Shown piece after piece: positions 24,056-36,900 of a stretch of DNA of 64,000 bases. The notes beneath the pieces were generated by a model. The model saw only the letters and a program-made list of their open reading frames with translations. It searched no databases and was not told where the DNA came from. The translations under genes and the position numbers were made by a program. Positions within the stretch are counted from its first letter, which is position 1; the number at the start of each line of letters is the position of its first letter. Source of the DNA: Klebsormidium nitens (lineage: Eukaryota; Plantae; Klebsormidiophyceae); contig DF237421.1 in the NCBI GenBank assembly GCA_000708835.1, forward strand, positions 1 through 64,000, given 5' to 3'.

Positions 24056-27000
24056 TCATCCATACCCCCTCCTATCTCCGTTCCACGTGTCAACGGCCCC
24101 CAAGGTCGCCGACTCGTCTGTAACGGGCATGTTCCTCCCTTCTGGAGGCTTTTCATAGCTGCGCGTTCCAACGTACGTCTCAACCCGGTTGATGACAGGT
24201 GCTGTGTCGGCGTCACCCGTCTTTTGCAGGGCGGGGAGAAGCGCTGTCATGATCACATCCAGGATTTTCCGGAACTGCTTCGGATACGTTTGGTTTAGTC
24301 GGAACCCCGCCACCTGCACGTTCCATAGAAGCACTTTTGGTCCTTGTTGCAACCTGAGCTTCTCATTCCAAACAGGCACTAGTTGCGACACGCATGCGTC
24401 GAGACTGGAGTTATTTTCCCCCCTCTAGTTCAGAAGGCTTTGTGAACTTCGTTATAAAATGCGAAAGGCGTACTGTCTGCTTTCTCATTGGTAGAGCGCA
24501 TTTAGGCTTCCTAATAGAGAAGCGGAAAGTTTTGTGTGTGCAAAGAAAGGTTGACGAGATTGATACATGGCCTCCAAGATACTCCCTGAGAACGTCACCA
24601 TTGTGAAGCTTATCCACACCGCAAAGACGCAAATTTCGCCCGACGAAGGGACTAGATAATTATGAACCATTAATACCAACACGACTTGCTGCGCGTTTAT
24701 AAACGTCAATGGAAAGTCCGACAAACACGGTACTGCCATCGCTTATTCTCTTCATGAAGGATCCCTCTATCCAGAAGTGATGTCAATACGCAACTTGATA
24801 GGTCGTTTCAAATCGTAAATCAATCCTCAGGTGCTTCACGGCAACAAGTGACAAAGCCAGCCGCGCTTACGTTGGAGGCTGCCGAAAATGCTGACGCACT
24901 CCCTTTGAATAGAGACAACGCTTGCTGAAATACTACACGGCGTATGACGCGAATACACGAAAAAACTTTCGCACTTTTCTGAGCAAACACTGACCTTGAT
25001 CATTGACTCAAGTGCACTCCCGGAGCCCCGGTTGGGGGGCAGCCCGTTGAGCAGGCGGGCCAGCCACGCCCACGCCTGGTCCAATCCGTGAACCGGTTGA
25101 CCCCGGGGGGGGTCCGTCTGCCAACCCACAAAAACCGCAGCTTGTCAGTTGAATGTTCGGAAAGCACGGGTTTGTAACGCGGTCGGAAGCCACGATTTGC
25201 AGATCGAGCCACAGAGGGTTGGGTTGCAAAACAGTTCCGAGCTATGCAGCGACACGAAGCGACACAGATGCGCAGAAACAGGAAAGCAAGTGCTGTGGTG
25301 TGCAGAAAGCAGAGCGTACGTGCTGGTCCGAGCACTAGAGTAAAACGCTGTGCTGTTTCCGCAGAAACACCAGACGGACTGGGCACTCTGCCTGCATATA
25401 AAGCGAAGTCGCCTTTGGACTGCGGCGGCATAGCGTATGACTCACCTGCGTGATTGCAGCATAGAAGACCATGATCCCAGTCATTCGCCCAATATAGGCG
25501 TCGGTGCTTTCCAGCTGTCCGTCCTCTTCTCGGTATCCAACCGTCCGGTAGTAGGCCGCTTCGGACTCGTACTGTGCCTAAAATACGGAACAAAGAGCAA
25601 GTATCTGAGTCACGAGATTCACGAAAGGTTGACGGTCTTGTTTCAATTGAACGGTTGGCGTTGCCGTGAACATCTATGAAACCCATGACAAACTCTTGTG
25701 TGGACGCAATTCCAGCCTTGTTGTTGCGTAGACAGATGCAATAAAGAGAGATTTGACAAGAGGCTGAGGTCAGAAAAGACGAGTCTGATAGCCCAGAATT
25801 GGGAAGCGGTTCAGGGAAACCCAAGACCGCACTGAAAATAGAGCAATCTATCCGGCATCTCCAGCTGCGAAAAGGAAGCGCAAGCAAATGACGAACGGCG
25901 ATTACCAACACCGAAAGCATATCCCTGCGATAAGCTCACCGGAATGTGAGGAATCTATTTCGGTACGACGAAGCAGCACTCCTGCGCAAGCGCGCGAGCC
26001 GCACATCTCACAAATCCCGGAAAAGAGGAGGGGACAACCGCACCAGAAATGAAAGAACCCTTAAGATAGGCTTACCGGAATGTACGGGATGTATTTCGGT
26101 ACGACGAAGCAGCACTCCTGTGCGAGGCGCGCGAGCAGCACGTCCCGGAAGGGGGGCACGGCGGCGGCCACGTTGATGGCGACCTGGGCGAGCGGGAAAG
26201 CGAACGACGGCAGCTTCTGGACCTGGCTCTCGCACTGGCTCAGAAACTGCGGACGGAAAAAGGGGGGCGGATATGGACTTGGTAGAAAACTTGTTCCAGG
26301 GCGTTTCGCGCAGATGACCACCGTGGGAGTGTGTTCTAGTGACATCAGATAATCATTTGGAGGCTCGATAGGTGTGCAAAGGTCGGTAAGTCTGGCAGCT
26401 TCTGGACCTGGCTCTTGCACTGGCTCAGAATCTGCGGGGGCAGAAGGGAGACGGCTGGTGAGAAAGTGGATCGGGGGCATTTATCTCACGAGAAGATTGG
26501 AAGTTCACTCATGGCACATGAAAAGGAGTTCGGGTCAGACTGTTGGTAGAGTCCCGGAAAGGGTTCAGAATTTCTGCCGGTAAGAGAAGAAGAGGGGCTG
26601 GGGAAAAACTTTGAATCCGAGAGAACGGAGCGAATACAGCTCTTGAGGAGATTCGAGGCTTGTAGCGTCAGCAAATGGTAGCATGAATCATGCAGAGTGC
26701 AGAAGGTTGGTGAAATGGTGTGATCGGGGCATGGAGGGCCCAAAAGGACGTTAAAGCGAAGGCCGTTGGGCTCGAAGAACGGCAGCCTTTGGAGGTCACT
26801 CCCTGCCTGGCACTTGAACCAAGCCCAAATAATGATGATGCTGCAAACGGAGTGCCAAGTGCCCTCACTCCAAAAGTGCGCTTTACGAACAGGCCTTTGA
26901 GCTTCGACAAAGGCTCCCAACTTCTTCACCAAAAAACGATCAAACTCTTGGGAAGCACACTCCGTCTGAAGGCGCCTTACAAGACACCCTCTTTTCTGCA

Positions 27001-30000
27001 GCTGCCGCTTTTGTTTTTCAGACAAAGATTCACGTCACCTTCAAGACCCGGGGGCTACCTTCATCCTCGGCAACTCTTCAGAAATGATGGCACATATCTG
27101 TCAAAAGCAGGTCCGTAAGAAGCGTGCAAGTTGTATATTACCATCTACAGGCCCTGAGCAGCCTCGACAGACAGGTCCGCTAATACTTCGTGAAAGGTAA
27201 AAGCTTAACTTGTCTGCAAGAGCCAAGAAAAGGAAGTTCCGCTGCGGTTGCCTCGTCAAAGATTCTCCAGCTCATGCCCAATGAACTTGAAGCAAAACGC
27301 TCTGGGGGCTACGCTGAAAAACGAAGCGGAAACAACGTTCCGACAGGTCTGAAAGATCCTTCAAAATGGTGACGACTGACTTTGTCCGCAAGCGCCAGTA
27401 GAAGGAAGTTTTGCTGCGGCCGCTTCACTCATTCTCCTGCTCATGCCCAATTACTCTGGAACACAATACTTTGGTGGGCCGATTAAAAAAAACAAAAAAC
27501 ATGATTCCGACAGATCTGAAACCTTCTTTCAAATTGACTAACGCACCTTGTCCGCAAGCGCCAGTAGGAGGAAATTTTGCTGCGGCTGCGGCGCCTGTTG
27601 CAATTCTCGCACAAGCTCGGCGCTCTTCAGACCAACTTGCCGCTGAGTGGCGCTGATCTGCTGGACCAGTGTCGTCATGCGCCGCTCCAGGCCCTTGCGC
27701 TCCTGTGAAGTGAACCAACTTTTTTGTTTTGCATCTTCTCATTGGTGGTAGTTTTTTGCTCGTGAGAATGATCAAGTGATCTGCTGGACCAGTCTCGTCA
27801 TGAGTCGCTCCAGGCCCTTGCGCTCCTGTGAAGTGAGCCAAGTTTTAGCTGTGAACCTCAAATTCAAAGCCTCCGAGATTTGTGTTCGTGTAAGGTTCAC
27901 AATCTCCTAAGATTGTTAAGATCATTTGCTGCTTCCAGCGTCGTCAAGCGCAGCTCCAGGCGCTTCCGTTTTCCTGGTCCATACTTCTGATAATGGACAA
28001 TCAGCTGCATGAAATGTAAGGTCTTACTGCCGGGCAACAGGAACGAGTGGAGACAAGACCAATTCAGATGAAGTTAATAATTCTACCTTGCCGCTAGAGT
28101 AGTCGCGCGACTAGCAATGAGCAACCCTCAGAAGCAAGCGCATTCAGAAGCGGCCCAAAATTCAATACCGCTCTTCACCACTTGTTCTTCTGCCATCAGA
28201 ATAGCAGTGAGAGACTTCAAGGAAAGTCAGAACGCCAAATTCAACCCAGAAAACGGCTACCTTTTTCGCCCCTGGCGCCTCTTCAAACGCCTTTACGTTC
28301 TCCTTCACTCTCCGCAGCACTTCCATCCTTTCCCTCTCTCCCCTCGCCGCGCTTTCCGTCATCTTAACCTGCCTCGCCCCCCCCGTCGCTTTCGCCGCTT
28401 GCTTTTCCGCTTGCTCCTTCGCTTTTCGCTCCTCTTCCCCTCGTTTCGCCACCGTTTCCCGTTCTGCCCTCTTCCGTTCCGCGTCCGTTTCCGCCCTCCT
28501 CCGTTCCGCCTCCGCCTCTTCCGCTTGCCGCTTCCGCCGGGCTTCTTCGTCCTCCTGCTCCTTTTTCCGGCGCGCTTCTTCCGCCGCTTTTTCAGCCGCC
28601 TCTTGCTGACGTCGTTCCTCGACCCGTCGGGCTTCTTCCTCCGCTCGACGGCGCCGCGCCTCCGCCTCAGCAGCCGCCCTACAAAAAGACGCGTGAAACT
28701 TCCCAGAGAAGGTGGCGAGGAGATAAAAGCCAACAGACCCAGGGTTTTTAACTCGCCTGAGAGATGTCGAGGGCGCGGATCCATGAAGCGCTGGGTGATC
28801 GTGTTGGTTTCACAGCAGTGATTCGCAACGAGGAAAAGAAACGCGCATCAGAACCGCTCACTCTGCAGCCGCCTCACTCTGGGACCGCCTCTGCCCTGCT
28901 GATTGCTTTACGAGATCTCAAGGACGAATTGAACCACATACTGAAAAGGGCAAGCTGTTGCGATCCGACTTATGGAGAGTGACTGAAGAGAGGAAACGAC
29001 AGCAAAGAAGAGAACGGAAAGAGGTCTCTGGGTGAAGAGGACCCCTTACTTTGCCGCAGCCTCTGAGTCCTTGAGCCGCCGTTGGCTGGCGGCCTCTCGC
29101 TGCTCGTGGTCCCGCTGAAGCGCACTCAGGTGCGCATCACGCGCCTCCGCGCTGCATCAAGAGGTGATTGAAATTTTGTTTCGACTTAATTCAATGCTTA
29201 ATCGACTGTGATTAACATTGAAACCAGATCTATATCAGCATCGGTTGAATCTTTCACGTCTGGTCCGGCTGCTATAGTCCGGAGTTCAACATACAAGATT
29301 GACATTCGACTGTGATTTTGTGAGCCTGGAAATATTGCGAGAAATGCTGCGACCAGCTTAGAAAGGTCGTAGGACATGCACATCCTCTCCTGGCAATCTG
29401 CGGTGCAGGGAGTTCGATCGGGTCCGTCCAACAAGACTCAGACTCACTGAGTCTGCATTTCCCGAGCTTTGAAACCTGACGCCCACTTTGAAGGAGCATT
29501 AGACGAGCATTAGAGCACTCGACGCCAGCACGACGTCTCTTGGCATAGCCGCTGTGCACTGCTCACAATTTTTCTCCCCAAGTCCCCGAAAACCGACACC
29601 ACTAATCCGCAACCTTGGCCTTCCAAATCGCACGACGAAGGAGGTCCTCACATGCCCCGCTGATCCTCTGCATCTCGCGCCCGCACGCGCTGCAGCGCTT
29701 TCTCCCTTTCCCGCTCGAGCGCTGCCAGCGCCTCCGCCTCTTGCTGCCCCTGAGCCTCTGCATGGCGCGCCAAGCCACGCCACCGCGCACGAATGTCCTC
29801 CTGCAACAGCAGATTTTTGAGCCATTTCCTTCTACCAGTTGAGACATGACAGAAGACAGGACTGCAGGTACAAGTGGTTGGAGCACTTATAACATCAACT
29901 ACGGGCGAGACTCTCGGAAACAGCGAAACGCCGAGCAGAAGGGCAAAAGCGAGAGCTCTTAAAAGCTTCCATGACCTACTGAGCACAAGCAATGGCGGCA

Positions 30001-32575
30001 ATATGGCGAAGCAGGGCACTACATCAACCAGGCCAGGCAATCCTAGAAACATACAAAGCCTTCAACTGTTTCTCAACCAATGTGTCTGGCAGCTGCTTAC
30101 AGCGCCCGTTGTGAAGGGCAGCCGCCAGGTTCAGAAGATTGGCAGACAGACGTCTTCAATCTCGAAAAAAGAGAGAGGTTAACAGCGCTACCATCGGCTT
30201 CAGCAGGCAAAGACACCCTCTCTGCAAAGCTCAACGCTTCGGCCCTGTCAAACCCTGACCTTGACCCGAGCCAGGCGCTCTTTCCAGCCCAAATACCGAT
30301 TCTAGTCGCCAGCTGAACACTCAGGTAGCAATTGGCAAAACGTTCGAAGAATGAAAGGACAACACATGTCAATATCGCCTCAACAGACACGGCTGACGTG
30401 TAAGAAACCTGCCGAAAACTCATTTTGAGTCTGGCCAGGCGCTCCTATTCAAGCCCAAACCACGCCAACAGCTTGACACTCCGGCAGCAATTGGCACAAA
30501 CCTCCAAGAACGAAAGGACGACACATGTCAATATTGCCTCAACAGACACAAGTGACGTGCACTGGGGGCTGTCGAAACCTCACCTTGACCCCCGCCAAGC
30601 GCTCCTTTTCCAGCTCGAACAGCGCCGCTTCTACCACGTCCGGTGGCGGCAGCAGGCTCTCCTCCCAGGACCGCCCAGACGCCGCCGCGACCTCCTCAGC
30701 GGGGGGGACGCTCTCTGGTAGTCTGCAGAGGGAGCATGGGGGGTGTTAAAGAAGGGAGGGCGAGCCCTATATGCGGCGGGCTTTACGAAAGGTGACGAGG
30801 CACCAGTTTTCAACGAAGTTGCCTAAGCGGGGGGACGCTCTCTGGTGGCCTGCGCAGGGGGCATGCAGGGGGGGATAAAGGAGGAGAATAGTGAACGCCG
30901 CATGCTTCGGACTTCACAAACGGGACAAAGCACCACCCGTCTACTAAACTGCCTTGGCAGCGAAAAGGTTCTCTAGTGTTCTGCGCAGGGGCATGTGTGG
31001 GTAGAAGAAGGGAGGCACGCTGCATGGGGAGGCGGGGAGCGAAAAGGCACTCTTTCAAAAGGTGTGGAGTGATCTTGTTTTACTAGGGGAGTGATTGAAA
31101 GAGCTCTCGTCTTCACTTTGAAGGTTTGGTTGTGATTATTCAATTCAGATTTGAAGTCACATCTCTTTGAAACGGGAAAAGCTTTAGGCGCTTCAACGAG
31201 CCGTAACAAATCGCCAACGTCCAACACAGTTGTCCTTTAATTCATTCAACGCTGCAAGACAACATTGGTCTTTTATAGACAAAACTCACCGCAGATCCTC
31301 TGTCCTCCCCCCTTTTGCCCCGATGCTTGCGGGTGCGCCACTTGGCACCCCCTCGTCGTCTTCGTCGTCGAAGTCCGGTACTCGTACGATGAAAGGCGCT
31401 TTGGTCCGGCCGAAGTCGGTCGGTTCGAACAACTCGATGCACGACAATCTGCAAAGGAGGGAAAGAACTTGGCCGGCCAGCTCAACGGAGTGTCCAGAGA
31501 ACGAGCCATGCCGGCCTTATGATGCGGCGACGATGTGAAGGTGGTTTCTGAGCGCTAGATTCAGGCGAGAAAGGGGTAGGTGCCTCCACGGAAAAGAGGC
31601 TGATCAGAAAGCTGGGGGAACTCTGGCAGACCAGTTACGAAAAGGAAGCGTTATCGAGGATTCTGGTGATCGAATGTAGAGGGATTAGTGAAAACCGATA
31701 GCTGGTGGTGCCCAGCTGCGCGCCCGCTGACAAAGACGAAAAGCTCAGAAAGCTCAGATGCTTCTGCTCTCTCTAAAGATTGCATACTCTTGCAGATTGA
31801 AGCTAATCCGCAGAAACAGAACAATTCAAGTTTTGTGGTTCAAGGTTGTTGTGCTCGAGCTCGAACAGAAACCCGGCTAAACGCTTGAGCTTTCCTAGTG
31901 CTCTCACAGATGGTTGATACAGATCCATCAAACATATTTCAAACTTAACCCTGATTGTTGCATTATAGCTCACCTCTTCACGCTTGCCTCTGCGCCCCTT
32001 GCCGTCCCCCCTCGCAGAGGCGACGGAGTCGCCCCATTCTTGTAGACTATCTTATCGAGCTCCGCGCTCAAGTCCCCAAGATTCCAATCCGGGTCAGGGT
32101 CAACTTCTAACCGGCTGCTTAACCCCGCTTGCCCATTGCTCCTCGCAAGGAGTGAGGGCGACCTCAGCGTGAGGTGCAGCTTTTCCTCTGAACCATGCCG
32201 TAATTTCTCCCCCGATGAGCGCCTGTTCGACGGTGAAATGGCAGGGAGCAAGGCAATGGCAAAAGGGTTGACCGGGGGGGGTGATAGTGGATCAGCTGAC
32301 TGTAAAGTTGGCCAGAGACCAAGAATGTTGTCTGCTAGGACTGAACCAGTGGCACTCTGATGCGGAGAGTCCCACACCCAACTGTTAGCGCCCCCATCTA
32401 GTTCTGCCCCTGAGGGGAGCACAGACTCAGGCGACCGGACTGGAGACGGCTGAGAGTCCAATCCAGTCGCCAAGCTTGAGTCCGACTGTGTGTCCGACTT
32501 CCGTGGCCTCCGGTTAGGGTGCTTGAAGGGGGAGAGCCGGGTGGCACGAGATGCATCTTCAACCGGGATCGCCAT
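24056..32575 (-). CDS. GLE1: mRNA export factor GLE1 (about 802 aa, 11 exons; start codon uncertain)
   Basis: Exons: 31974-32575, 31290-31448, 30584-30722, 29652-29800, 29050-29151, 28261-28678, 27547-27702, 26076-26246, 25446-25577, 24995-25117, 24056-24313 (2409 nt, open frame). Contains the plant GLE1 N-terminal motif LEVDPDPDWNLGDLSAEL, an E/R/A/K coiled coil, and the GLE1 core (VVPKYIP, YIGRMTGIMVFYAAITQ, AWAWLARLLN, AGFRLNQTYPKQFRKIL, PPEGRNM). Confidence 0.92.
25930..26450 (-). repeat. Echo duplications flanking GLE1 exon 8 (donor side and acceptor side)
   Basis: The exon 3' end is duplicated at ~25940-26015 with an intact GTGAGC donor. The acceptor plus exon start is duplicated at ~26392-26440. 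Confidence 0.85.
27225..27990 (-). repeat. Echo duplications flanking GLE1 exon 7
   Basis: Acceptor ttcacag|GAGCGCAAGGGCCTGGAGCG is repeated at ~27778-27842 and degenerately at ~27935-27985. The donor end CTACTGGCGCTTGCGGACAA is repeated at ~27378-27425, and the ~175-bp intron unit is repeated again near 27230. Confidence 0.85.
30250..30995 (-). repeat. Echo duplications flanking GLE1 exon 3
   Basis: Acceptor-side copies at ~30826-30865 and ~30970-30995. Donor-side copies at ~30250-30295 and ~30430-30450, within a ~160-bp intron duplication (cacatgtcaatatYgcctcaacagacac at ~30363 and ~30523). Confidence 0.8.
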
Positions 32576-33989
32576 CAGGGGTGGCAAACTGGGGTCACCG
32601 CAATCTGCTGTGAGGAACAGAAAGGTGGGGGTTAGAGAGAACCAATCGAGCAAATGGGGATTGCAGACTGGATCTTCACAATGAAAGTATGGATTAGAAG
32701 GCCTCCTAAAGTGCAAGATGTATGTGGGTCTTGGGAAAGAAATCAAACACAGATGGCCAAATTGGGGTTCGGGCTTCCATCACCCAACCAAGAGATACGG
32801 GACTGTGCCTGGCAAGTGGTGTTCATCGACTTTTGCCTGATCAATGCCAATCACTAATCAATGTTGACTTTCCCACAACAGCAGGAAAGTACATACTCCT
32901 TCACTCTTTTGGGAGGATTGTTTGAGTAGGGCCGTTTCGTTGAAGCTGCCCCTGCGAATGGGACCAATTCTCACCAGTCGACAACCGCGTAAGTAGCTCA
33001 TACTGATGCATATCATTTATGGTGGCGGCATCAACAGGGCTGCAGACATGCAAAAATGGAATGAGCTTCCCAATGCAAAATGAGACCCTTGATAGACAAA
33101 CGTCCCTTACCTGGCCATCATTTGGTGCATTGCTCTGCTTATGGCCCCCTGGTTGGTGGAAGACTTCCAAACGGGCCAATAACTTTGCAGCAAGACCTAC
33201 AAAGTTGCTGATGGATCCGTCCTGCGGCCTTGAACTTTGACGCACTACTTTACCAGCTCGTTTGTAAGAATCCCTTCTCGAAGAGCAAGGCGGCTACCTG
33301 GACTGGCGTACTGGGGAACGATTTCTTCAAAAGCTTCCCTTCAACTTCAACTTTGCTTCTGGCACTGCCTTCCTTTCCTGGACAGCGTGGCAATCTTGAC
33401 GATGTCTGGCTAACGTAACCCGGTTTGCTCTAAAACTCCTCGTCGAGCGATCTGACCGCGGGATGTACCCATCATCGGTTCGACGCGTGCTAACAGAGAT
33501 GCAAAGTAACGATGGGATGTAAAGTGGGTCAAGTTTTAATCTCTTTCTGAGCTCCGACTCCGAGGAACAGAGCATCTTTCGGTGATACAGAATTTCAATG
33601 GCAGAACGCACAAGGGGATCACATTGACCGCCATTGGCATAGGTAGCGTATGGTTGTCTCTTTCACTAGGAAGTTCTTGAGGAGATTATCCAGAGCGACC
33701 GCTCGATTGAGTGCTGACCGGTCTTCAACTTCAAACTGACGATTGGTGGACGCACGTTTGGGACCGGCCGCTTGCTGATCCAATTGAGTGGTCAAGCTGA
33801 TTTAAGGAGTAGAGGGCAGAGACTGCCATGCAGGGGATCTGTTGAGCATTGACAATGCCTTATGGATACAAAGTCCCATTCCAGATGATATAGCAGCATT
33901 GTGTTCATATCCCGCTCGCCTAGGTGGACGCGCTTTAGGTCCACTTTGTAGGTGGTGCGGCGCCGTTTGCTCTCACGTTGCGGAGTGCG

Positions 33990-36900
33990 ATGGCTTCAGA
34001 AACTGAAGCAGCCTCTCCTGACACCGCTGGTGAAGTAAGTGGTTTCTCTGAGGTGGTCTTTGAAAGCACAGAACAAACGCCAACAGTTTCTGAGGAGAGC
34101 AATGAAGAAGCGCCATCTTCCAATGCAATGCTACCACCTGGCGACGTTTTCCGCCCTGAGGACTTGCAACAGATCCGCTCGGCGCCCTGCCGCATCCATG
34201 ACATTATCATTGAGGGCGCAAAGCGCACCAAACCCCACGTCATTGAGAGAGAACTGGAGGAGGCGAGAGCTGCGGGGAACTTCACGGAGCTGGCGGAGAG
34301 ACTGGTGGAAGCGACGGAGCGGCTGAGGGGACTGGACATCTTTCAGAAGTGTGTGGTTACGTGCGAGGCGGGTCCGAGCGAACTGCCGGGGACAACCAAT
34401 GTGGTGAGGTTCTTGCGTTTAATGGGCAATGGGTTCATGCCTCAAGCATGTAATCTCATGCTTTTGTGGTGGCACACTGATGCACTTTGATGGTGGGGAC
34501 CTTGACGCAGTGCGTCATAAGCCTCTGAACAACCGCTGCTTGGAAGTGGAGTGTTCGCAAATTGCAAATCTGCACTGGAAGATCTCTGCAAAGGAGAGGT
34601 TTGCTCGACTTCTCTGCTCCTCCTCCATTCATCACTGTGGCGGGCACACGTGTAAATGTTAAAAGGCCCTGTAAGATGAGGAGGATCAGGTTCCCTCCAA
34701 GGATCTGCAAAATCTCCTACCCTCTCAATGAGGCTGATCAAGTGTGTGGTTGTTTGCTTCCTTTGCCCTAGTAAGCCAGAAATCGACCGGTCAAATGGTT
34801 TTCCTGTGTAATATGTGGTGCTGAAATAAAAAACATGATGAAGAGTTCAGAGGGCTCTGAATGTCTTCGCAAGAGTCCTTGAGAAGCGCGTAGTGGATTA
34901 GGCAGGCTCTGTATCTGACAGCAAGGACTCTCTTGGAAGGACTTCCAGCTCGCCCCACGTTGCTTTGTTGACGAAAAGGGCTTGTGTAGCATGCAGAGCC
35001 ACCTATCGAGAACGTGTATGCATGTGTGCCCTTTCATCAGACTTGACTTCTCAATCAGTTGCTACAGCTTCTTTCGACCAGGTTGCAAATGAAACTAAGA
35101 AAACTTCTCGAGAAATGTCTGATTCCGAGCTCCCGGGCAGAAAGTTTCCAGAAGTTGAAAGGCCTTGTCAAAAAGTTGGTCGACTTGTACCGGGCCAAAT
35201 TTACCTGCGATTCTGCAATCGACTTTTCTAGGCTACCTCAAGTTCCGCCCGGCTTTGACAAATTTGTCAAGAAAGTTGCCTCATTTCTCGAGAAGATTTC
35301 TTGGTTTCATTTGCGACTTGGTCGAAAGAAGCTGTAATTGCCAATCTAGCTTGCTACTTTCCAGAATCTGAAGGTCGTTGGTTCGTTGCAAAGAGCGTAG
35401 CCGGTGAGGCAGCTTCGTGCAGTTTGTAGAGAACCTCAGGAAGCTTCTAACATGTTTACGATCGTCCCGCATATCAAAATCCAGATTGTTTTTCAGTGTG
35501 AGGTCATCCCTGTCTCGAGAAGAGCCTCTTTGGAGCCTGAGCCGGGACCTACTTCCAGAAGCTGAAAAACTTCTGCATATGCACATGAGCAGGGAATGGT
35601 TATCTTCCGATCATTCTATTACCTGTTTGCACAATTCTGGGTAACCCGCAGGTCGTCTCTGTCGTTGAGAAGGGCCTACATCTTCCAAATTCAGCCCTCA
35701 GCTTCGGTTTGTAACCCGCTGGTCAACATGCTAACCTATATCCCTAACCTTCAGGTTGTCTCCGTTGTCGAGAAGGGCCTCTTTGGCGTGCGCGCGGGGA
35801 CGTACTTCCAGGGGCGGGAGGGCAGCGTCGAGGGCAGCGTCTCCATGCGCAACGCCTTCGGCTACGCCGAGCAACTAGACGCGAGCATCCAGCGCAGCCG
35901 AGAGATTTCCAACACGTTCTCGCTCGGCTTGGCGGTCCCGCGCCCCGCGCTGCGTGCGCGCGTTTTCCAGAGCAACAGCAATTGGCAGGATCTGAGCAGC
36001 TACATCGAACGGTTGAGGGGGTGCCAGGTCAGCACCGATGCGGGCGACCACGAGATCGACTACCAGCTGGCATGGCGGGAGCTTCGGGTGAGTGAAAAAT
36101 GACTGAACCTCTCCCCTCTGAGGAGCGTAATCTTGTCACGGCAGGATGGACCTGACCCGGCGAGAGCTCAGGGGATTCTCTATAGAGTTGTGCTTCACAG
36201 TCTCACCTAAAATGCCGTGAAGAGGTCGTGTCATCCTTGTCACATTCCGTTCACCTTCGAATCTGCTCTGGGAGTGTTTCGAGAAAGCCCGGTCTTCGAG
36301 GAGGCCCGAAAGATCGGCGTCAAGAATGCTGGACAAAGACCCGTCATTCTACGAGTCAATCATATCAATAAGCGGTTCTCTGATCCCCGTTCTTTTGAGA
36401 ATTCCAAGAAAAAGCAGCCATCCGTTTTCACCAGTTTCCGCCGGGGGAAAGCTCTTTGGAGCTTATAAGCACACGCGTTGGTGTCTATATGGTCTGACGT
36501 TCTGCAAATTAGCAAATTCACCAAAAGCAAAGCATCTGGATAAGCACATATGGGAGAATGACTTCTTAGCAGCTTTTCTTTGAAGTGTTTGTTTGAGGAT
36601 GCGGCTTTGTGAGCTGGCATTGCGCCCTTGCGACGTAAAACTCCCTACGGATTGCAGGGTCTAAAGGACGACGTGGGGCGGATCCTATGCGAACAACGCG
36701 GCCGTTCTTTTCTACTTGTGGACATGTCAACGTTTACCCAGCAATTTCGCAATCATGGCCAATAATGCGAGCATTCTCTCCGGTTACAGAATCCAGCGGG
36801 CACGGCGGGGTGGAGCGTGCAGTGCAACCGGGTCATTTGCTGCGTTCAGAAGAACGTCAGCTTTTGTCCACAGAGCGGTCACCCTCAAAACCAAGCCTAA

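Noticed and set aside
28117-28821. R-rich + strand ORF (234 aa) and the RRRK-rich minus ORF at 28359-28784
   Set aside because: These are the antisense and alternative frames of the GLE1 coiled-coil exon 28261-28678.
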